Assembly (NCBI GenBank): GCA_000934665.2
Contig: KZ538063.1
Location: forward strand, 1-64,000
Reading direction: 5' to 3'
Origin: Catajapyx aquilonaris
Lineage: Eukaryota
DNA length: 64,000 nucleotides
Part shown: in pieces, positions 37,401 through 49,186 of the stretch
Layout of the letters: each line of letters begins with the position of its first letter
Position numbering within the stretch: position 1 is the stretch's first letter
The notes under the pieces: generated by a model
The model's database searches: none
What the model was told of the DNA's origin: nothing
The model's input: only the letters and a program-made list of their open reading frames with translations
Program-made: the position numbers and the translations under genes

Positions 37401-40400
37401 ACACATACCTTTTTTCATATCCATAAGGTTCGAGACGTGCTGAATATTGCGTCTAATTTTTTTTGCGCGCGCAAAAAATTTTCCACACGGCCCGGGCCAA
37501 ACTCTTTTTTTTTAAAAAAAAAAAAAAAGTGACTGAAAAAAATTAATCCTTCGCAGCTTCCTGAAGTGACTTATTGAGAAGTGTGACCGGGACAAATGAA
37601 TGGATCATCAGCCTTGGAGGAACAAGAGATAGAGAGAGAAAAGCGAGAGAGAGAAAAAAATGAGTGACGTCCATTCACCAACCAAGGGTTGATTAAATAT
37701 GCGAGGTCATCACCAGGAGATTTTTTTTACGACAATTTTTTTTGTCGCAAGTTTACGACTAGTCGCCAGTTACGATATATCTCGCTGCAGCATTTTAGAG
37801 GGAAAATGTTGGGGATTGTTTCCTCCAGCAACCATTTTAAGACGACGGAAGTAATATTTTGTGATGATAATATAAAGTTCCAGTATATTAATTTCAATTC
37901 GTTTAACTAATTCATTTGATTTAAGAAAGAAATGAGTTACACTTATCAGTTATTATTCATATTATTAGAAATATTATTTAGAATTTTTTAAGAATATTTT
38001 TAGAAATGAGTAGGCTGCACTTATCAGTTATTATTGATATTAATATATCATTAATTTGATTAAGTCAATAAATTTATTAGTTATTACATCGTATTAATTA
38101 ATAATTTTATTAAGTTAATACATTTATTAAGTTAATACATTTATTAGTTATTATATTGTATTAATTAATAAGTTATTACAGCATATTAATTTATTAGTTA
38201 TTATTGTATTGTATTAATTTATAAGTTACTGCAGCATATTAATTTATTAGTTATTATTGTATTATATTAATGCCTGAGTTATTCTTATATTAATTTATTA
38301 GTTATTTGCTGTATTGTAATTATGGGAAATTATTACGCATCATATTTTACTACACTACCGTATATTAATTTATCATTCATTATATTCATTAGTGGTTGTG
38401 TATTAGTTACATATAGCTGGTCAGCGGGACGTGTAGTTCGCCAATTTAATTTATGTAAAAGCTCAAGGCCCCCCCCCCTCCCCCCACCATTTTTTAAAAA
38501 CCACTCGAGAGTTCCCGGTAAACCTTGCAATTATTATTACGCGCACTTGACACTTCGCAAATAATGTTGTTTTTTTTGCACACGTCGCGTAACGTATGTG
38601 AGTAATAGGCTACGTATAATGCGTATACATATATGCAACAAACTTTCCCCATCTTTAGGGCAGATGTTTGACGAAACGGGGAGTTTTCCCATATGCCAAG
38701 CAGAATTTGCAAAAAAAAAAGAAAAAAGAAAAAGAAAAATTCGCGGAATACAAATATCGTCATCGACCTTTCATTGCCGCGATACAAAAAAATAATAAAA
38801 AATAACCCTGTCACGGAAACAGTTACAGTGTCATATAGCTGAAGTTATGACAGCCTGAGATCAAATCAGGGGAAATTCTCAATGATTCGCGCTGCCCAGC
38901 AGCACGAATTATAACACTAAATAAATATTATTAATAACTAACACGAAAGTGGTTAATTAATAACCGCTACAGAGAAATAACAATCATTACCATCTGATGC
39001 GAACGAAGAATGGTTAACAACTTAGTGACACACAAATGAATTATTAATAATTTCTACAGAGAAGTAACGGTTATTATCAGTAACTAATACGAATTAAGAA
39101 GGCTATTAACAACTGATACAAATGAAATAATAATTGACACGAATGAATAGTTATTAATAGCTGATTACAAATTAACAAAATAATTCTTGATGACAAATTC
39201 TGTAAATATATTAAATAAAGTGGCGTTCCTATTTATCTGGCGGCCAATTAATCACGTGTTGACAGCAGACCGCGAGGGCACATGCAACGCGTCAGTCATT
39301 ATCGCCATCAATCAGGCCTAGATTTTAATGCGCGTCCTGTAGTCTCAACAATGGATTGGGGGTGTCCAGAAGGTGACAATGGTGTATAACGCGAGAGAGC
39401 AATCAGTCAGTCTCGCCTGGTCAACGCAGCAAAGTGCTGCTCGGAGCAGCCTTGAATAATTTGGGTGCATGACCTGGATCCAGCCAAGGTCACACACAAC
39501 ATCACACACTTAGTTTTCTTTATTTTTTTCTTTAACTCTAATCGGCCAAGTGCACAGGGGGTCGCGGAAGGAAGTCCGGACCTCGGGAGCGACGTTGGGC
39601 GGAAACGACGCCTGGGCACGCACAGGCACGCGCACGGCATACACCCCCGATGATGCGGAATCTCATTCGCCTTATATACAGCACTGCGCGGCGCAATACG
39701 CTACTCCAGCCAGACTTTCATTCAAGTAATTGCAACAGAAGAAAACACTAAGGTTCACATTAGGAGCTAGAAGTTCTTGACAACCGCTAAAAGTGAACTT
39801 AAGCAGCCTAGTGACCAACAATCGCTTCCGATAGGCACTAATAATATTTTCGATCAAAATTAACTGGTTACAACAAGCAGCACAAGTATCGCTTCATCTC
39901 GCGGCTATACAGTCATAAATAATGCTTTCCATCAGTTATCTAGTTAAAATAAGCAGGTTAGGGTCCAAATATCGCTTCATCTCGACTTAATAATAATACT
40001 AATGACCTAATACTTAAGATAAACAAAGTTCACTGGTTCAAAATAAGCAGCTTACGATCCAAATAGCGACTCGCTACTAGCAGTTAACACTTTCGATCAA
40101 AGTTAGCAGCTTGGTGCCCGAAAATATATTAATCTCGACCCTTTAGTTTGTATAATTTTCGATTAAAATCAACTGGTTAAAATAAAATAGCAGCTTAGGA
40201 ACCCAATATTGCTTCATTTCGACCTGTATATGGCTAATACTTTACATTATAATTATAATTATCCATTATACAGGGTGGACCAACTTCAGGTGTCGTTTTA
40301 TAACGGCTATTAATAGAAGCGCTTTACGATTGACGCGTAGCAGCGACGTGTAAAATGGCCCACTTCGATGGCGCCGAAGTGGGACATTTTACGCGTCGCT

Positions 40401-42236
40401 GCTACGTCATCGCAAAATCACTGCTATTAATCGCCGTTATAAAACGACACTTGAAGTTGGTCCACCCTGTATAATTGGCAACTAATACTTCTGACAACAG
40501 TTAACTGCTAAAAATAAGCAGCTTATTGTCCCAAATAGCTGTATCCGGATCTAATTTTAGTTCACATGCTTCTGACAACAGTTAACTGGTTAAAATATGT
40601 AAGCTTATTGTCCAAAAATTGTTTCATCTTGACGTGATCACGTCGTTGACCGAGATCACGTCAAGATGAAACAATTTTTTGGACAATACTGCCGTCAGAT
40701 ATGAGAAGACCGTAACTCAATGTCCACTCTTCCTTGCGGCGAGATAAAAAAGCAGTGGTATCAACAGTCTTTTTGGACTGATGATACCAAAAGCACCCAA
40801 CAGGTGGAGTTGGGATGCCGTTCCTTTTTCTCCCCCCTTGCCCCAACGCCACCTCTTGGATGCTTTCGGTAACACTTGCTTTCTTTTCTCGCCGCAAGGG
40901 AAGTGGATATTGAGTTACGGTTCTCTCACATCTGACGGCAGAATAAGCCTATAACGCTTCTGAAATCAGCAGTTTATCCCTCCCCCAGCAAATGAAGTGT
41001 AACTGACTTGTCCTTCCGCATCTCCAGCACCTTGTCGAGGTCCTCGAGCTGCTTCTGGGTCATCCTCCTGGCGTTGTGGACGATGGCCTTGTCCATGGTG
41101 TTCCTCTCCCATGTCAGCCTGTCCCTGTAGTACTGGTCCTGCTTGCCGAAGTTCAGCAGCTCGGTCCTCTTCTTCTCGTCCTCTATCTCCTCCTGTGTCA
41201 CCCCTGGAGTCCTGTACGGGATGGTCCTCTGGATCTATATAAGGAGAGAAAAGAAAAGTCGCGGGAGTTCAGTCGCGTCTTGTACGCAGCTGAACGCGTC
41301 CACGGTTAGGTTGCATGTAGTAGCAGCACTTTCATCCGCACTACCCTGAGAGTGGCAGCAGTGTACAGAGAGGGAGGATGCGCCAAATATTGGAGGAATT
41401 TGGCACTATGTGTGCCGTGTTGCCAAGTTTAAGCGAATTAACCGGCAGATTATAAAGTCGCTAACCGGTCGTTTAACATCCAACTTTTTTGCCGGCACAG
41501 AACGCACAAAAAGAGCGCAAAACATGTAAAAATAGAAGTCCGTGCGGATCCGCTCTACTAACCTCCCCAGTGCCCGGACATCATTACCGCAATTACTATA
41601 TTCGCAACAACAGCATTGTGCTTCGTACCATTTATTTTATTCCACGAACGAAAAACATATGTTGCTCAACAAGTCCACTTGGAGGATTGCATGCGCACTC
41701 AGGAGAAGCAACCAGTTTTCAAACGTTGCTGGGTCCAACAATCCGGTTACCTCACATCGTGCGCAACGAAGCAGGTTTGTGTGACGGTGCAGCAACTTTG
41801 TCGCGCAGTAACTGGAGGAAATTTTACGAGGTGTAACATGCACCTTTTTTTTTAAAAAAAAACACCATGTTTCTTAAACCCCACTTAAACATCGATTAAA
41901 CAGCCGGTTAAAAGGGGGAGGCACACGTCATCCAGAATATCCGGTTTGATGCATGCGAAGAATATCGATTCTGTGCGGGCAAAAAAAAAAAAATGTAAAA
42001 AAAAAAAATCGGAAGCGGAATAGAAATAATTTCCGTGTGAAGGGTCAAGGATTAAAGTGCGTTGTATATGAAGTGTGTACAGTGTATAGAGTGTTACGTA
42101 CTTACCAGTCCGAAGACTCCTGGAGGACATCCTCGTATGTCTCTGGTCACTCCTTTTGGGTAGTCGAAACCTGCCGGTTCGCGTTTGGAATTATCGTCAT
42201 CGTCGGTGTTGAAAATGTTGGAGATTTTTCTCGACA
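34471..42236 (-). CDS. CFAP53: Cilia- and flagella-associated protein 53-like coiled-coil protein; start codon not located. Exons 42236-42106, 41234-41008, 36022-35846 and five short-intron exons to the stop at 34473-34471
   Basis: TRDIRGCPPGVFGLIQRT...RLTWERNTMDK...LEMRKDK/LRVLLAGEQKQW...RRKFVKEKRDQQLL/RDSQEIRE...ERMWGELW follows the CFAP53/CCDC11 pattern as I recall it; long E/R/Q/K coiled coil; exon phases are consistent across a 4985-nt intron. Confidence 0.75.
40271..40469. mobile_element. Tc1/mariner-type palindromic MITE (family B)
   Basis: TA|CAGGGTGG...CCACCCTG|TA; the element is almost fully self-complementary. Confidence 0.9.
40689..40941. mobile_element. MITE with ~65-bp TIRs and an apparent 4-bp (AATA) target-site duplication
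   Basis: AATA|CTGCCGTCAGATATGAGAAGACCGTAACTCAATGTCCAC...GTGGATATTGAGTTACGGTTCTCTCACATCTGACGGCAG|AATA. A 4-bp TSD is compatible with Sola-type elements (inference). Confidence 0.75.
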
Positions 42237-42286
42237 CTGCGGGGTCAAGAGGTCAACAGATTATTATTCAACCAATCAGCTATATA

Positions 42287-42493
42287 CAGGGTGGTCCAAG
42301 TTCAAGTGTCGTTTTATAACGGCGATTAACAGAAGCGCTTAACGATGACGTAGCAGCGACGTGTAAAATTGCCCACTTCGATTGCGCCGAAGATGCGCCG
42401 AAGTGGGACATTTTACGCGTCGCTGCTACGTCATCGCAAAGGCACTGCTATTAATCGCCGTTATAAAACGACACTTGAACTTGGACCACCATG
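42287..42493. mobile_element. Tc1/mariner-type palindromic MITE (family B)
   Basis: TA-flanked; near-identical to the other three copies. Confidence 0.9.
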
Positions 42494-43799
42494 TATAGGC
42501 GAGACTATAGGTTCTCGGCGAATCATCACCAACGTGCATGTATAGTACTACTTTCCCCCATGAGAGCGGCAGTAGCGTGCAGAGAGGGAGGCGCGCCATC
42601 TGTGAGTGGCATATCCAAGTGACGGGCAGTGTTGCCAAGTTTTATGCTGGAGTCTGTGCGTTTGTCCGCAGTACCACTACCCCTCGCACGACCCTGAGAA
42701 TGGCAGTAGTATGCAGAGATGCGCCATCTACGCGAGGGGTATGGTGCTATGTCAGCACGTGACACAAATCAGCCAAATCAGCCAGTAGATGTTCAAGTAA
42801 ACAGGACTTCAACTATATCTACCGCTCAGAACTTCAGGTGAACGTCCGCATGTTGCAACATTTCTTGAGTCCGTTTGCATGTCAAAGTACCGCGCATTAT
42901 GATTATTATTAACGGAAAAAAAATTATTCGGCAAATATCCGGTGGCCGGGATTCCACAACAAAACAAACGAACAGACTCTCGGGAAAGTGAATTCCCGAT
43001 TTTTGAAACAATGGGTCGTGACCGGCTTTGAAAAGGAAAATAATAATAATAATATTTTTTTGCATAGTAATTAGGCGTTATGATTATTGCAGGGGGATTC
43101 TCTTTTGAAAGGGAAGTTTTTGCATCCAGCTTTGATCTAATAAATCCTCTTGCTTTGTTTCAAGGAGGAAAAAAAAAAAAAATCAGTTCAACTTTCCAAG
43201 TTATTATTTACCGGCAATATTATTACGATTATGTACATAATAATAATATAATGATAATATGTTTATTACCACACCTTGGGCCAATTAGCCGTGTGGGGTA
43301 TTATGTACATGAATTATTATTATCATCATGTGCTGCAATAAAATGTGCTCTTTATTAATATATTATGCACTATTAACTGTTATGTATTTACATCATTGTG
43401 TATTATGTGCTTTGACTATTATTTATGATGAAATGTACCATTTATTATCACATTATGAATGGTTGATTAACATTATGTATTATGTGCAATTTATGTATTG
43501 TCTATTTATGTATCATTATGTGCAATTTATGTACCCTATTGTCTATTTATGTATTATTATGTGCAATTTATGTCATTTTATGTATTATACAGTATGTAAT
43601 GTATGAAACAATTTGTGTAGAATGTTATATATTTATTATTCTTATTGCTAGCCCTATAATATATTTTATAATTTAATATTACTACTTTATGACATGTGTT
43701 ATGTAGGTTACTATAATTATATTATGATGTATTATCGTGGAATTACAATGTGCTATTACATTACGTCAGATTTTTGTAATTATCCAAGTACATAATACA

Positions 43800-43802
<3 letters not shown>

Positions 43803-43870
<68 letters not shown>
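43803..43870. repeat. (TTA)n microsatellite
   Basis: Perfect trinucleotide run. Confidence 0.95.
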
Positions 43871-46207
43871 GATTTTACAATATATTATAATCTAAAACAC
43901 ACATTGCACCACTCTGGTGGTAATTTCAGTGTCATTACTGTATTTTTTGAATGCACAGCAGACACGTTTTCCACCCGGCCACCCACCCACCCACCTACCT
44001 ACCTCATCAACGCACGAGTGTACTGTACATGTGTGTGAGGTAAAGCAGGGTCATAAAATGTGAAACATGTTTTGAAACAGGAAATGTGTGTCAAGGTGAA
44101 TGAACTATCGGATCGGAACAATAATCGGACGGGCCACCAAGCTATAGTCTAGCTGGTTCAATAAATTTTTACAAGCCCCCCTCAAGTACAAAAAAATAAT
44201 AAAAAAGTACAGCATGATCAAGGACATTGTAATGCAAGAGTTACTTACTCTTTTATTTTGTCGCTTGATGTCCAGCAGACTTGATTGGAAGGTAAGAAAA
44301 ACGGCAAAGACTTTTTGCACACCTCGAAAAATCTACTGCCTTGTTTGTATCGATGGTTTCCCTGGATACCGAACTGCCAGCAGGAGGGGCATCAACCAAA
44401 CTTCCCAATTGTATAGTTCACACCCCTCTTACTTTTAGAGTAAGTCTGGCAACACTGGTTGCATGCACACTTGGTTCAGAAACAAAATTGGCCTATTTGT
44501 TAGAATATAAGAAAATTAGTCACACCAAGACCATCAGGGGTGCAAACATTTCCTCTCAACCAAGTGGGCCTTCAACTATACTGTTGGCATCCCTGGTGAA
44601 TTAGCCCGCAGTGTTGCCAACCTGATATATTATTATTTTTGAACGATGTCGTCTCCCAAGAAGTCCTTCAAAGTTTGCACAATGGACACAAGAAAGGTGA
44701 TGTCATTTGATGACACAACATTTCAAAGTGTCACCTTCGCGGAAGTTTCTCAACTTGGACGCAGCTCTTAAAAGACGTCCATCACGTGCGTGCACGTGCG
44801 TGACCGTCTCTCTCACACACGCCCACGCAGAAGGGTACTGTATAGAAGTACCTACCTGAGACATGGTCCCTCCGATGCAGCGATGCTCGTCCATCGGAAA
44901 ATGCGGGGACGCGTGACCCACGTTGGAGTCAGTGATGGTGAACTAAAAATTAACTACAATAAATTTAAAAATTAAAAATTCTCAAATTTACATTTAAAAA
45001 ATAAAAATATAGGAAAGAGATAAAATCATTCAATATATAATCAATAAATCATTTAAATTAATAAATGAATTAGAAGGAACAGGATTAATTGCATGTTAAT
45101 AACATTTACACCGAAAGTTGGTTTAAATGAAATAGTAGTTAATCGTCTTTAAATGATTCAATTATAAAATTAATGGTGTCCAAGCCTGTTCATAATAAAT
45201 GACTAGCAAGACAATGTTGCCAATTATTTTTAAAACCCGGAGCTCTCTCTCCCTGTATGCAGCATGTCATCCTATTCCTAGAAGAGAGTGAAAAACAGGT
45301 CGTTAAAAGGAAACTAGAGAGAGAGAGAAAAAAGAGGACGTGTGTTTCATTGACCTACTGACAGAGACCGCAATGTTGTCACCTGTGGTGACGAGATTGG
45401 ACGAAACACACGTCACACCGTCACTTTTTTTTTGAACTTGGCAGGTGTTGATGGAAACAGAATATTAAGATGCGTCTCTCGTCGCACCGGGTAACATGTC
45501 CCCATCAGAGGGAGAGAGAGAGAGAGACTAGGTGTGTAATAACATAAATTATTTGTGCGTTTTGCACGTGCTGATGTTACGTCACACACGTCAGGGAGTA
45601 CCGGCACGTGAGTTTTCCCCCTCTTGGTAACGATGCACGCGATGATGTTTACTGCGCCTCGTTGTGTTCGGCGGCAATTGGCACGGGTCCCGTCTAACGA
45701 AACCGGGACAAACAACACGTCTCGGCACTGTTACGACCCTGTTACGACCCGTGACGAAAACCCTGGAGGTCCGTCACGTAAACGTCACGTGGTACAACAC
45801 GAAAGGAACTATATGTTGGCACCACATGCAACGCAGATGGATTGGCCACCCTGCCAATCAACCAGTTACTTCAAACAGTTACTTTCACAGCAGTTATTTT
45901 TTGCAACTGTTACTTTGCAACGGTTATATATTTCACAAGCTATTTTAACTTTTAAGGTCTGTTTTACAAGAGTTATTTTTACAATGGTTATTTCTGAAAG
46001 TTACTTTTAAGGTCTGTTTTACAAGTTATTTTTACATATGGTTATTTCTGAAAGTTATTTTACTTCAGTTATTTTAAGGGTTATTTTACATTGGTTATTT
46101 TTGAAAGGCATTTAAAGGTCATTTTTAAATTAAACAGATTAATTTACTTTAAATTATTATCCGCTGCCACCCCCAATATTTGGGAAAAGACGTGATGTAT
46201 GATATAC

Positions 46208-46264
<57 letters not shown>
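46208..46264. repeat. (GAT)n microsatellite
   Basis: Perfect trinucleotide run. Confidence 0.95.
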
Positions 46265-47734
46265 CACGGCGTTTGACAAACAGATATGGGGGGTACAGAT
46301 ATGGAGATGATGATTTAAAATAATCATTTTTTATTAGTTTTGAGTTATTTATATTTTTACTTTACTTTACACTTTAGTTATTTGAAAGGTTATTTATAAA
46401 AGTGACCAGTAATTTTGAAAGTTATTGCATATTAGCTATGTTTGAAAGTTACTTTACAGTAGTTATTTTTGAAAGTTACTTTACAGTTACACTTGGAAGT
46501 TATTTTTAAATTGTTATCCTGAAAATTATTTTTGCATGAGCTATTTTTGAAAGTTATTTCAAATGTTATTTTAAAGCGTTAGCCTACTTTACATTACTTA
46601 TAACTGAAATTTAATATTTAAAATAGTTATTTATATTAGTTACACGTGCAAGTTATTTTACAGCGGTTATTTTGAGGGCTATTAAAAGTAGTTAGCTGCT
46701 TTTTGAAGGTGAGTGCGTAATAACAAGCAGCTTATGTATATATTTTGTAAAAAAAATTCGAACCGAAATTTACTAACCAGTGACAGGTCCTCTGATAAGC
46801 CATTGGTTAACGATTCACCTTCAGTTTGTCTGTACAACGGTGCATGCTGTGATTCATCATGTTCCACTTCTGGTTTACGTGGTACAACGGAAGAGAAGTT
46901 TTGTCAGCGGATAATCCGGAACTGAGAAGGCGAAAGGCCGCGCGATTGGTTACACAATTTATGGAGAGAGAAAAAAAAAATTGGGATTAATAAGGGATGA
47001 TAATCGTCAGCGTTGCCAACCTTCGTGTAATGAAGCGTTCATAATAATCCTGGAGGTGAAAGTGATACAGGGTGTTACAATTATTGCAATTAATGTCTGT
47101 ATGTATTATTTTCCCTTTCATTCAAGCTGCTTATTTTCAAACAGCTATTTTGACCGCAGAGGATTGGATATTATAACATCTCTCTTCCCTTCATTTCTCC
47201 TGTTGGACTTGTTGTGTGGTACAGGTGTATCCCCGGTATACAATTTTCAAGGGCCGAAGACTTTGAATTCAACACAGGCCTTTTGTGGGTCCCTCCAAGG
47301 CTAAACCGAGCATTAAACGGTATGCGCCCTTCTCTCTTGTCAGATTATGCATAACCCTGGAGTTAAAAGTTGAGAGTGTGCGGTGGGCAAAAACCGCGTG
47401 TGCAACATTGGAGAGAGAGAGAGGTTGTGGTGCATCATATGGCGGTGCATATGGGTTTGTGTATGGTATAGTGACGCGCGCAGACCCCTGCCACCTGTTT
47501 GACACCGGCCAATCCCTTGCCAGCACTACTTGCTCCTCTAGCTTCTCTCTCTCTACACCCCCCCCCTCACCACCCTCACTCTCTAGTCTCTCAAAAAAGT
47601 TTAGTAAGCTCCGAACCGGGAGATCAGCAGTCTGGCCGCGGACATGAGGACAGGTGCACACACATGAGGCAGTCTCTCCTCTAACTGACGGGTAAGTCAC
47701 TCACTAATATCTCCTATACAGTGCACTGGATTTA

Positions 47735-47980
47735 CCCAGGGTTAAATTACACCAGATCAACTTGTGCGACTGGCTAACTTTATTACACGGGGTTAACTTG
47801 CACCTGATTAACTTACACCGGTTGAACTTACCCGTGGTTAACTTGCACCGGTTGAACTTACCAGTGGTTAACTTGCACAGTGTTAACTTACACAGGGATA
47901 AGTTACATAAGATCAACTTGAACCTGGTTGACTTACACCGGGTGAACTTGCACTGGATTAACTCGTTCCAGGTTAACTAT
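47735..47980. repeat. ~15-bp minisatellite (GTTAACTTRCACCGG)
   Basis: About 15 degenerate tandem units just after a GTAAGT donor at ~47692 (probable 5'-UTR intron of the ZIP gene). Confidence 0.85.
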
Positions 47981-48629
47981 AGTGGCTGACCTGCCTAATA
48001 TTTCTGATCATGTGCACCTATTTATAGCACGTAATCGGGGGATTAGCAACTATTTTTAGTGACAATCGGCCATTATACTCTGGGCTTGTGGATACACAGA
48101 TGTGGACATATACGCCGGAGTAGTTTGTTAAAATTTTTGGTTATTACACCTTGCATTTTCTGGATTGGCTTAGACTTGGGACTAATCTGTCCGGACTAGT
48201 TACTCATGACTTACTCCTGATATTCTCATAGTGCAAGGAACTCCCCGGAAACTCCGAAACCTTTTTGTGACGTAGCGACTGTTTTGATTCGGTTCCTACG
48301 AGTGATGACACGGTTTTGCGTGCATGAAAAGGGAGCACCACTTTTATTTTCTAGACCGATCGTTAGACACGCGAGTTTAAACAACTAACGTGGGTCATGT
48401 ATCATTTTTCGGGGACGAGAACTTACTCCTGGCTTAACTTTTATCTTAGTTCAAATATATTCCGGTCTTGCTCCGAATTTACTCCGTAACGTATAGTCCT
48501 GACTTACTCCTGTGTGGCAACTTACTCCGGATTTGCTGCAGACTTAACTATACATACTAAGTACAGTTTGATCCTACTTTAAATTTACTCTGAAATTAGT
48601 GTTTTGTTTAGTCGTACTTATTCTCGTTT

Positions 48630-49095
48630 GCTCCAGCTTACTCCGGATCTACTCGAAACTTACTCCGGACTTACTCTTGGCTTACCTGAGTCAGGAGTAT
48701 ATAAGCCTAGAGTAAGTCCGGAGTAGACCCGGAGTAAGTATGGCGTAAGTCCGGAGTAAGTCAAGTGCAAGGTTGGAGTAAATACGGAGTAAGTCTAGTG
48801 CAAGTTTGGAGTAAGTACGTGGCAAGTCCAGAGCAAGTCCAGAATGAATCTCAAGTAAGTGCAGAGTAAGTCCGGAGTAAGTCAGGCTTACTCTAGACTT
48901 ACTCCGAACTAACTCTTGGCTTACTCTGCACTTACTTTAGAATCATTCCGGACTTGCTCTGGATTTACGACGTATTTAAGTTTTGAGTAAATCTACTGTA
49001 GAACAAGTCAGGAGTAATACCCAGGGTTAAGTCAGTCTTACTCTAGACTTACGCCAGACTAACCCTGGGTTTTACTCTGGACTTACTCCAGTAGT
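48630..49095. repeat. 11-bp minisatellite (TTACTCCGGAC) with repeated inversions
   Basis: Blocks of TTACTCCGGAC alternate with blocks of GTCCGGAGTAA. Confidence 0.85.
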
Positions 49096-49186
49096 AAGAC
49101 TGCGTCAATCACTGGCTTACCATTGGATTATCTTTCTCTTTCCACAGCACCTTGTTAGCAAGTAGTCTCCCCCAGACCACATCACG

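Noticed and set aside
47370..47670. Metal-response elements (TGCACAC) near the probable ZIP first exon
   Set aside because: Only two cores are present and the heptamer is common throughout the window, so they cannot be distinguished from background.
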